NCBI GenBank assembly: GCA_964535575.1
Contig: CAZHTC010000003.1
Span: 112,640-176,639, forward strand
DNA length: 64,000 nt
Direction: 5' to 3'
Source of the DNA: an uncultured Bifidobacteriaceae bacterium
Lineage (GTDB): Bacteria; Bacteroidota; Bacteroidia; UKL13-3
The notes beneath the pieces were generated by a model that was given only the letters and a program-made list of their open reading frames with translations, was not told the origin of the DNA and ran no database searches. Within the stretch, counting starts at the first letter, position 1. The number at the start of each line of letters is the position of its first letter. The translations under genes and the position numbers were made by a program. Positions 29,345-37,625 of this stretch are shown one piece after another.

Positions 29345-30415
29345 ATGGAATCGCAGGAAGAATATATTAAGGGTCGGGGGGCACAGTTTAAAAGTGCTAA
29401 TCCGTTTTCGCGACTGAATATAGTTCAGGAATTTTTAGAAGGTATTGATGAATCACAATTTTATAATGAAACAACTACTCAGATAATCTATGATTATCCT
29501 AAAACGATTGTGAACAAAGTTGAGAGCCCTGATGTAGGTATGCGCTGGTCACTTAACCCCTATCAGGGTTGCGAACACGGATGCATTTATTGTTATGCCC
29601 GCAATTCGCATCAGTACTGGGGCTATAGTGCCGGATTGGATTTTGAAAGTAAAATAATAGCCAAACCCGAAGCGCCAGGATTACTCCGGGACTGGTTTAA
29701 TAAAAAAAGCTGGGAGCCCGAAACAATTTCTTTATCGGGTAATACCGATTGTTACCAACCGACTGAACGTAAATTAAAGTTAACCCGACAGCTTCTGGAG
29801 GTGTTTCGGGAGTACAAAAATCCGGTAAGTATTATTACCAAAAATCAATTAATTCTGAGAGATATCGATTTATTGCAGGACCTGTCAAAAGAGAATTTAA
29901 CAGCAGTTGTAATGAGTATTACTTCATTAAATGAAGACCTTCGATTGAAACTGGAGCCAAGAACAGCATCGTATAAAAGCAGGATCAAAGTAATTGAAGA
30001 GTTGGCCCGTCAAAACATTCCCGTGGGAGTAATGGCAGCACCGATAATTCCCGGTTTAAATATTTATGATATACCTAAAGTAATTAAAGCAGCGGCCGAG
30101 GCGGGGGCCACATTTGCAGGATACACGTTTGTGCGTTTAAACGGTAGTGTGGCCGATTTGTTCAAAGACTGGCTTTTTAAAAATTATCCCGACACATATA
30201 ATAAGGTATTGCATCAGATTGCGGGTGCTCATGGAGGTTCGGTCAACGACAGCCAGTTTAAAAGGAGGATGAAGGGAGAAGGGCAGATTGCTGATACCGT
30301 TGCTCAGCTTTTTAAAATAGCCCGCAATAAATATATGCCAGGCCACGGTTTTCCAAATCTGGATACCGGCAAATTTCAGCGACCACACGATAATGGCCAG
30401 ATCCGGCTTTTTTAA
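29345..30415 (+). CDS. Radical SAM protein of the SplB-like / PA0069 / Rv2578c family (COG1533, putative DNA-repair lyase)
   Basis: The cluster motif YQGCEHGCIYCYARNSH is the variant typical of this family. A TIM-barrel-length body follows. Confidence 0.7.
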   Translation: MESQEEYIKGRGAQFKSANPFSRLNIVQEFLEGIDESQFYNETTTQIIYDYPKTIVNKVESPDVGMRWSLNPYQGCEHGCIYCYARNSHQYWGYSAGLDFESKIIAKPEAPGLLRDWFNKKSWEPETISLSGNTDCYQPTERKLKLTRQLLEVFREYKNPVSIITKNQLILRDIDLLQDLSKENLTAVVMSITSLNEDLRLKLEPRTASYKSRIKVIEELARQNIPVGVMAAPIIPGLNIYDIPKVIKAAAEAGATFAGYTFVRLNGSVADLFKDWLFKNYPDTYNKVLHQIAGAHGGSVNDSQFKRRMKGEGQIADTVAQLFKIARNKYMPGHGFPNLDTGKFQRPHDNGQIRLF

Positions 30416-30702
30416 ATTCGACAATTGTTATTTTTTAGATGAATTTTAAATTTATTTTTTAATATAATTATAAATATTTGTTTTACAAGCATTTATTTTT
30501 TTATAAATTTTAATTATTTTAGACAAATAATTTTGTTTTATGAAAAAATGTGTACATTTGTGTCCGAACAAACGAAAAAATGAGTACAAAACTTAACCAA
30601 TTAATTACATCCGTTACGAATTGCCTTGATGAGGTGATCTGGTTACTCATACCCGGACAAAAAATGACTTACCAATTTTATAAACCTTTAAAAATTAATG
30701 TT

Positions 30703-31473
30703 ATGAATGCACTTAAAAAATTATCTCTGGCTGCACTTCTTATGTCGGCACTTCCGTCTTTTGCGCAATTGCAGGACGAAAAAAATGTTACTATCACCAT
30801 GGATCTTCAACCCATTCTTCAGTTAAACATGACAACTGCTGATCAGGTGAATTTTGTATTTGACGATATTGCCAGCTACTATGGTGGGTTGGTTCGTTAC
30901 GGGGCTACCACCCTTAAAGTATCAGCTTCTGTAACCTGGGATTTATATGCCGTGGGAACATCAACAAATGGTACAAGCTGGGACCAACAGGTGAAATATG
31001 GTACAGCGGCTAATCCAAATGCAATTGGAGCACTTCCTTTATCTGCACTTGAATTACACCAAAGAGGGGCTAACAACTATGATGCGAATGCTACCGGGGC
31101 ACAAACCGATTACAGTGCTCAGTTTTCTCCGGCTCAAACAGCTGCCGTGGGTGTAAATTGTATTTATACAAATGCAAATCCATATATCGCACCTACCGCT
31201 GCCGATAAATACATTCAGGGCCATAAAGGAACTGTTGCCGCACAGGATGGAGCACCTGGAGGAAGTTACCTAACAGCTACCACTTCGGCCGGTAGCGGTA
31301 ACATAAGTGATTATATGTTTATCATTGACTATCGTATTTTGCCCGGATTACCAGCAGTATTTCCGAATGCTGGAGATAATGCAGGAACGTCTCAATCCCT
31401 CACTGCGGGGCAGTATGCTCAACCCGGTGTGTATACTATGAATGTTAAATATGTATTACTCGAGGATCAATAG
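30703..31473 (+). CDS. Secreted subunit-like protein A (paralogue of 32512..33153), candidate fibre subunit
   Basis: SPI-type signal ...ALPSFAQ. The mature N-terminus has an alternating hydrophobic strand (VTITMDLQPILQLNM). The C-terminal motif DYMFIIDYRILPGL...GVYTMNVKYVLLEDQ is shared with the second copy. There is no T9SS CTD. Confidence 0.5.
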   Translation: MNALKKLSLAALLMSALPSFAQLQDEKNVTITMDLQPILQLNMTTADQVNFVFDDIASYYGGLVRYGATTLKVSASVTWDLYAVGTSTNGTSWDQQVKYGTAANPNAIGALPLSALELHQRGANNYDANATGAQTDYSAQFSPAQTAAVGVNCIYTNANPYIAPTAADKYIQGHKGTVAAQDGAPGGSYLTATTSAGSGNISDYMFIIDYRILPGLPAVFPNAGDNAGTSQSLTAGQYAQPGVYTMNVKYVLLEDQ

Positions 31474-31605
31474 GTTGATTGTTTTTTCATATGCCCAAAT
31501 TCGTAGTCGGTCCGAAAGGATCGGCTGCGTTTTTTTATCGGGCGGAAAACACAATTCCAATAATAAGAACGAGGACTAAGTTATCAGACCTAAACAAAAG
31601 GGCAG

Positions 31606-32484
31606 ATGAAAAACAACAAACCAAATTTATTTTTATTCCTATTCTTTTTCGGAATAATCGGCACGTTAAAGTCGCAGGTAATTTCAACAAGTGATTTGAA
31701 ATCGGATACAACTACAATTGCCGATGAAGGGGTTGCGGTAACTCCGTCCAGCATCAGATTATTTCTTAGACCTGGCGAAACAATTACTAGGGAAATAAAG
31801 GTTACCAACAAAACAAAAAGGGCCTATTCCTTTAGTGTGGCTTTTAATGATTTTAATATGGGCGAAAATGGAAAACCTCAAAACATGGACAGTGCTTTTC
31901 ATAAGTTCTCTCTGTCGAAGTGGGCCGTTGCATCGCCTATGTTTTTTGAGGTTCAGCCTGGTCAGGTACAAAAAGTTCAACTTACTATCACTATTCCGGC
32001 TGATGAGTCGGGGAAAGTGGCTGCCTGGACAATTATGAGTATTGATCAGGTGGCTAAAAGAGAACAGGTGGTAACAGCAAGCAGTGATGCCAAATCGGTT
32101 GCACTGGGAGTAATTCCTAGTTTTGGCTTTGGGATTTATGTGTATCAAAACCCACCTGATGCCGGTGTACCAAAACTTGAAATTGACAAATTTGAAAAAA
32201 CCACTGATGGGAAAGATAAAGAGAAAAGATTATTGCTCCATGTAAAGTCGGAAGGCAATGCCATAGGTTTTTGTCATTCGTATATTGAACTTACTAATAC
32301 TTCAACAGGGGAGTTAATCAAATTGCCGGTGCGCCACTTTACTATTCTCCCGGGTTTTGAACGGGCCATCTATTTCAGTTTACCTGCACAACTTTCAAAA
32401 GGAAAATATTCTGTCATGGCAGTGATAGATTACGGAAGTAAGGAAGATATAAAGGCAGCCGAACTTGAGTTGCAGGTAGAATAA
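31606..32484 (+). CDS. Periplasmic protein with a PapD/FimC-like pilus-chaperone signature
   Basis: After the signal peptide, VAVTPSSIRLFLRPGETITREIKVTNKTKRAYSFSVAFND aligns by eye with FimC GVALGATRVIYPAGQKQEQLAVTNNDENSTYLIQSWVEN. Shared positions are the invariant Arg, P-G, VTN and the trailing aromatic. Further Ig-like segments follow. Confidence 0.45.
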   Translation: MKNNKPNLFLFLFFFGIIGTLKSQVISTSDLKSDTTTIADEGVAVTPSSIRLFLRPGETITREIKVTNKTKRAYSFSVAFNDFNMGENGKPQNMDSAFHKFSLSKWAVASPMFFEVQPGQVQKVQLTITIPADESGKVAAWTIMSIDQVAKREQVVTASSDAKSVALGVIPSFGFGIYVYQNPPDAGVPKLEIDKFEKTTDGKDKEKRLLLHVKSEGNAIGFCHSYIELTNTSTGELIKLPVRHFTILPGFERAIYFSLPAQLSKGKYSVMAVIDYGSKEDIKAAELELQVE

Positions 32485-32511
32485 TGTTCAATATAATTTC
32501 CGGTACTACCA

Positions 32512-33153
32512 ATGGAAATACAAAAACAATATTTCGTTCTTTTAGGCACATTGTTGCTATGTGCCGCCACTACACAGGTGAATGCCCAGTGCGGGCCACC
32601 GGCAGCAAGCAATTGTCAGGCAGTTCCTGCCAGCAATATGTTTATTACCGGAAACACTAATCTTGACTTTATTTTCGATTCATTCGGCAAATATAGCAGT
32701 GGTATTACCATAAGCGGGGCCACACAGTTACGCCTCACAGTTTTGCCAAATAATGCTTCCTGTAAATGGAAATTAAGGGTGTATATCGACAACAATCCTT
32801 CAGCCCCTACACCGTTAAATGAATGGGAAACACTTTCAGGCTATGGAGGAACAGGAAATATTCCGCAAATAGATCTAATGGAGGTTAGAATTTATAACGG
32901 ATGCAATACCCCTATCAACAGCGGAATTTATCAAAATTTCACCCCACTAAATGGTTCTTATATCGATATCATAAATGATATAGTGCTTAATCCTGCAGGT
33001 TCTTGTGTTTCCAATGTAAATGGTGCCGGAAGTTATCTCACCAATTACAAGGAGTACAGTTTTACCATCGACTACCGCCTGCAGCCCGGATTGCTTTATA
33101 AGGCTGGGGCTTACCAATTAACACTAAGGTTTTGTCTGGTAGAAGATGTATAG
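32512..33153 (+). CDS. Secreted subunit-like protein B (paralogue of 30703..31473)
   Basis: Signal peptide ...TQVNAQ. Cys pairs are present. The C-terminus YSFTIDYRLQPGLLYKAGAYQLTLRFCLVEDV shares the IDYR-x-x-PGL ... aromatic/hydrophobic ... L-x-ED motif with protein A. Confidence 0.5.
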   Translation: MEIQKQYFVLLGTLLLCAATTQVNAQCGPPAASNCQAVPASNMFITGNTNLDFIFDSFGKYSSGITISGATQLRLTVLPNNASCKWKLRVYIDNNPSAPTPLNEWETLSGYGGTGNIPQIDLMEVRIYNGCNTPINSGIYQNFTPLNGSYIDIINDIVLNPAGSCVSNVNGAGSYLTNYKEYSFTIDYRLQPGLLYKAGAYQLTLRFCLVEDV

Positions 33154-36097
33154 CCGCAAAACGATAGCAGGGATTAAGGTCGAACCAAAAAGAAAAATAT
33201 TCTTTTGTTTCCACCTTTTTTTGTTTCTTCTTGTTTTTACCTATTCAATAAGTTTTGCTCAAAATAACCCAGCGCAGCTTCTTATTTTTCCAAAGCAAAA
33301 GATAATACGCATTGAAGAAATGGCAATAGTAAGCAATGTAGTACTTATAAGAAACAATTCAAACGCGGAGGTAAGGTTTTCGATAGAAGCAACCATGCCC
33401 AAAGGATGGAAGCTGTTAAATACAAAAGCTGTTTATACGGTGAATGGAAACGATTCGCTTTTTGTTCCGGTAAGAATTATTCCGACAGGTCCTCTTAAGG
33501 GAAATACCGAGTATATTATTGACCTTATTGTTTATAATACATCAAAAGTAAGGTTAAACTCGGCCTCTTTCTCACTGCTTATATTGAAGAAAACAAACTG
33601 GACCCTTGGGGTTGAACCATCAAATAAAATTTACTTTCTTAACAATTCAACTAAAACCAATTTTACGGTTCGCTATTCTAACAATGGAGATGACGATGAA
33701 CCGGTGCTTACTACTTTCAAACAAACAGATAAAAAAATTTCCATCACTGATAGTTCGGGTAATGTAATAGAGAATTACAAAGATATTTTTACTTTACGGT
33801 CGAGGCAGGATACACAGGTAACTTTTAATGTTTCGTTTGCCGAAAATACGCATAATATTAAGCGGGTTGATTTGGATAACCATCTCCCAAATTCAACGGA
33901 TGAAGAGCGAAAATTCTTGCTTTTTCTTCAATCGGCTGAGGCAAACAGCAAAGACAATAATAGTACATTCAGAAAGAGCGAGAAAATTGAATTTATTAAA
34001 CTGTCAAACCGCAAAAAAATTAATCCATATGCCTCAGATGCACTGCCGTTGGTAATGGAAAATAATATTTTTAACGTTATGGGAATACAACCGGTAATGT
34101 ACCTTAATCTGCGAGGGAATACATTACTTGAAAATAATTCCAATCTGTTTTATTATGCCCAAACAAGCTACTCCAGTTATTTCACAACTCCCGATTTTGC
34201 CCGAAATATTGCTTATTACGCGGGTTACTTTCATGAAAAGGGAGATATTCAGATAGGAGATATGAGCGGTTCAGGTACAATAGGTTTTCAAAGTTTCGGA
34301 CGCGGGATTAAAGGAAGTTATAATTTTACCAAGCGTCACAATGTTGGTGGTTTTTTGCTAAAGTCTCCCCGGTTGTCTGATCCCAATGGAAGCGTTTCGT
34401 ACGGGGCCAATTATAAGTTTTCATTCAACCGCTCTGATTATGCATCTGCACAGGTAAGCCGATCTGAAAATTTGTTGCATCATACTTCAAGTAATTTTGT
34501 AACTGCCACTACACGGATGAATTTATTCAAAAATCACGGGGTAACGCTTGGAGGAGGAATAAGTTCAAGAAACCATCCCGTGAGTAATCTGAAAAAGAAC
34601 GGAACATATGTTAACTTTAACTATTCGGGATTGTTTCTGCAAAATCGGCTTTCGGCTGTATTGCGTATAAGTAATTTGTCAAAGTCATTTGGTGAAAGTG
34701 GCTCGGGGCGTTTTTATGTGTATCACCAAACCGGGTTTACTGTTTCAAAAAAATTAATGCTCATGATGCAAAATAATTATACCACCATGACTACAGTCGG
34801 CAATGCCGGGTATAATTACTTTAACAATCAACTGTTTTTTAATATTAAACAGCAAAGAGGTGCAGTAGTGCCAAGCCTTTTATTCAACACTCAAAATACG
34901 TTTGGTTTGAGAAGACACTTTAAAGGAGTGGGTTTTGATTATAATTATTATCATATACTCTCAAATATTAAAGTCTCTACTTCTCTCAGAGCGGGCTACA
35001 ATAAACTGATTGATTATCGTGATGTATCTTCATTTTTTTCAGCTAACGCCAATCTGCTTACACAGTTCAGAACGTTAAGTTTTACCATGCGGTATTTCTA
35101 CGGACCTACCGTGGTGAGAAATGCCGATGATATAAAAAATCTGCGCAGGTATCCGCAAACTTTTTTCACCTCCCTTCAGCATCAGCTAATTTTTAAAAAG
35201 GAATATTTTGTTTTGCAAAACAACCTCAATTATTCTTACTATAATCAGTTTTTCAGCCACACGTTCGGGTATTTTCCCGAACTTTATCTGTTTACACAAA
35301 ATGGTTGGCGTTTCAGAGCGGGGGTTGGTGTTTCAATGAATGTAAGTAATCCGCGAAAAGCGCTCGAAATGCAAAACCCCGGACAAATTCCAGGTAGCAA
35401 TGGCGTGAGCACCAATATTCTTACAACCAACCTGAATGTTCAGTTTGGGGTGCGTAAACAATTTGGAATACCTGTGCCTGCACAATTTACTCATCGCAGG
35501 TTTGTTACCATTAATTATTTATGCTTTATGGATTTAAACGGAAACAGGATTAAAGATAAAGCCGAACCCGAGCTTGAAAACATTGTTATAAGAACCGGGG
35601 ATGAAGAACTGATGACAGATTTAAACGGGCAGGCCGAACTCATTAATCTGGAGGCGGGGCGCTACAAAGTGAGTCTGATAAATCTTAGTGAATCTAAAAC
35701 ATGGTTTCCGGTTATTGGGGATAGTGTATTAATGGATCGGTCTAAAACCATAATGGTTCCTTTTGTTAAAGGATCAAAAATTACCGGACAAATATACCTG
35801 CAGCGCGAAAGATATGCGGTAGATGAGGAAATAAGTCTCGACTTATCGCGTATAGTGGTTACTGCCGAGGATTCGATGGGGAATAAATACCGAACCATTA
35901 CACGAATGGATGGTACTTTTGAGTTGTTTGTACCAAATGCCCGCTATATCCTTAATTTAGATGCCGGAGTTTGGGGCGATCAGTTTACGGTTGTCAACAA
36001 TAACATGATTGTTGAGCTCAATCTTAAAACGGAAAATACGTTTGTTTCTTTTCAGGTAGTGGAGCGGCAGAGAAAACTACAGATAAAAAAATTCTGA
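33146..36097 (+). CDS. Large outer-membrane protein, candidate usher-like assembly platform
   Basis: 983 aa. A signal peptide is followed by an Ig-like N-terminal region and a roughly 500-aa N/S/Y/F/G-rich region with alternating beta-strand pattern. Two Cna-B/CarboxypepD_reg-like C-terminal domains follow (DLNGNRIKDKAEPELENIVIRTGDEE...). The terminal Phe is typical of an outer-membrane barrel. The start overlaps the stop of subunit B. Confidence 0.4.
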   Translation: MYSRKTIAGIKVEPKRKIFFCFHLFLFLLVFTYSISFAQNNPAQLLIFPKQKIIRIEEMAIVSNVVLIRNNSNAEVRFSIEATMPKGWKLLNTKAVYTVNGNDSLFVPVRIIPTGPLKGNTEYIIDLIVYNTSKVRLNSASFSLLILKKTNWTLGVEPSNKIYFLNNSTKTNFTVRYSNNGDDDEPVLTTFKQTDKKISITDSSGNVIENYKDIFTLRSRQDTQVTFNVSFAENTHNIKRVDLDNHLPNSTDEERKFLLFLQSAEANSKDNNSTFRKSEKIEFIKLSNRKKINPYASDALPLVMENNIFNVMGIQPVMYLNLRGNTLLENNSNLFYYAQTSYSSYFTTPDFARNIAYYAGYFHEKGDIQIGDMSGSGTIGFQSFGRGIKGSYNFTKRHNVGGFLLKSPRLSDPNGSVSYGANYKFSFNRSDYASAQVSRSENLLHHTSSNFVTATTRMNLFKNHGVTLGGGISSRNHPVSNLKKNGTYVNFNYSGLFLQNRLSAVLRISNLSKSFGESGSGRFYVYHQTGFTVSKKLMLMMQNNYTTMTTVGNAGYNYFNNQLFFNIKQQRGAVVPSLLFNTQNTFGLRRHFKGVGFDYNYYHILSNIKVSTSLRAGYNKLIDYRDVSSFFSANANLLTQFRTLSFTMRYFYGPTVVRNADDIKNLRRYPQTFFTSLQHQLIFKKEYFVLQNNLNYSYYNQFFSHTFGYFPELYLFTQNGWRFRAGVGVSMNVSNPRKALEMQNPGQIPGSNGVSTNILTTNLNVQFGVRKQFGIPVPAQFTHRRFVTINYLCFMDLNGNRIKDKAEPELENIVIRTGDEELMTDLNGQAELINLEAGRYKVSLINLSESKTWFPVIGDSVLMDRSKTIMVPFVKGSKITGQIYLQRERYAVDEEISLDLSRIVVTAEDSMGNKYRTITRMDGTFELFVPNARYILNLDAGVWGDQFTVVNNNMIVELNLKTENTFVSFQVVERQRKLQIKKF

Positions 36098-36267
36098 GCC
36101 GTTTTTGATTTTTGCTACTGTATTTCCAGGGTAATGAACCAGTTGCCAGATGACAATTCTGGTCCGAAGTGTATAGTACATGCGTCATATGTTGATGATA
36201 AATTGAGGTAAATATTTTTAAAATCAATACTTTATCCTAATTTTAAGAAATCATTTTATAAACTATT

Positions 36268-36672
36268 ATGAAAGTAGTACCCTTATTTCTCCTGCTTACA
36301 TTCCTTTGCTTTCAGAAGGCGAAGGCCCAATCAACGTGGCAAAACCTTGATACAGTAAAGGCTCCTGCGGTGTACGATCATGTGCATTCGGTAAGGTTGT
36401 ATGGTGATACACTGGTCACCAGTTTTTTACTTTTCATTAAAGATGAGGTCAAAAACCACTTTCATGATGAGCACAGTGAGCATATTTATGTGTTATCAGG
36501 CACTGCACTTATGACACTTGACGGGAAAACATTTCCAATTAAAAAAGGCGATTTCATTTTTGTGCCTATGCAAAAAAGGCATAGTGTGAAAGTAACCTCT
36601 ACCGTTCCACTCAAAGTTATTTCCATACAAGCCCCTTGGTTTGACGGGAAAGACCGGTTGGTTGTGAAGTAA
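36268..36672 (+). CDS. Cupin-domain protein (secreted)
   Basis: Signal peptide. Cupin motifs HFHDEHSEHIYVLSGTA...GDFIFVPMQKRH. Confidence 0.6.
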   Translation: MKVVPLFLLLTFLCFQKAKAQSTWQNLDTVKAPAVYDHVHSVRLYGDTLVTSFLLFIKDEVKNHFHDEHSEHIYVLSGTALMTLDGKTFPIKKGDFIFVPMQKRHSVKVTSTVPLKVISIQAPWFDGKDRLVVK

Positions 36673-36824
36673 TTACCCGGGTTCTGAGCATAATAAAGCA
36701 GGGCTAACTTCTTTTTAGTCCGAAAGATGTGAAGAATTCGCTTGGCCTCTGTTTTCATAGTTCGGTTTAACGTTTTACCTTTGGAGCCTGAGAATAGTTG
36801 TTTTCAGCTTCAATAAAGTTAATG

Positions 36825-37505
36825 ATGAAATTTGGCGTAGTAATTTTTCCCGGCTCTAATTGTGATCAGGATGCCATCAACGTATTACAGGAGTATAGCA
36901 ACCAGCCTGTTGAAAAGCTTTGGCATAAAGATACCGATCTTAAAAAAAGTGATTTTATTTTACTCCCCGGTGGATTTTCCTATGGAGATTACCTACGCTC
37001 GGGAGCTATTGCCCGCTTATCGCCCATTATGCAAAGCGTAATTGAATTTGCAGGCAATGGGGGGTATGTAATGGGCATTTGTAATGGGTTCCAAATTTTG
37101 TGTGAAGCAGGTTTATTACCGGGGGCATTGCTTAGAAACGATCATACACGCTTTTTATGCAGCAATGTGTATCTGAAATGTGAAAATAACGACCTGCTCA
37201 TCACCCGAAATATTAATCCCGATAAAGCGCTTAAAATTCCTATTGCACACGGAGAAGGCAGGTATTATGCCGATGCCCCTACCATGAAAAAACTGAATGA
37301 AAACCGTCAGGTTATTTTCAGGTATTGCGATGAAAGTGGAAATATCTCAGCCGGTGCCAATCCTAATGGCTCATTAGAAAATATAGCCGGAGTTTGCAAT
37401 GAAGGCCGTAACGTATTCGGGATGATGCCACATCCGGAGAGGGCAGCTTCTGAATTACTTTATAATTTTGACGGAGCCGCTTTGTTTGAGAGTATTATTG
37501 CCTGA
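36825..37505 (+). CDS. purQ: Phosphoribosylformylglycinamidine synthase glutaminase subunit PurQ
   Basis: [16 protein letters not shown] plus the catalytic GICNGFQIL and HPER. Confidence 0.9.
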   Translation: MKFGVVIFPGSNCDQDAINVLQEYSNQPVEKLWHKDTDLKKSDFILLPGGFSYGDYLRSGAIARLSPIMQSVIEFAGNGGYVMGICNGFQILCEAGLLPGALLRNDHTRFLCSNVYLKCENNDLLITRNINPDKALKIPIAHGEGRYYADAPTMKKLNENRQVIFRYCDESGNISAGANPNGSLENIAGVCNEGRNVFGMMPHPERAASELLYNFDGAALFESIIA

Positions 37506-37625
37506 CCGGTGATTACCGGCAAATTCCGGTTTATAATCTCCCGCTTAATCAAACAGTAATTTGCTTCTATCTCCGAAGCTTTTTCACACTTAACTTTCAA
37601 CCAGAATATTATCTTTGCGCCTGTT

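Noticed and set aside
33828-34143. Short ORFs (33828..34055+, 33928..34143-) inside the 983-aa OM protein gene
   Set aside because: They overlap a continuous 2.9-kb frame with consistent barrel-type composition.
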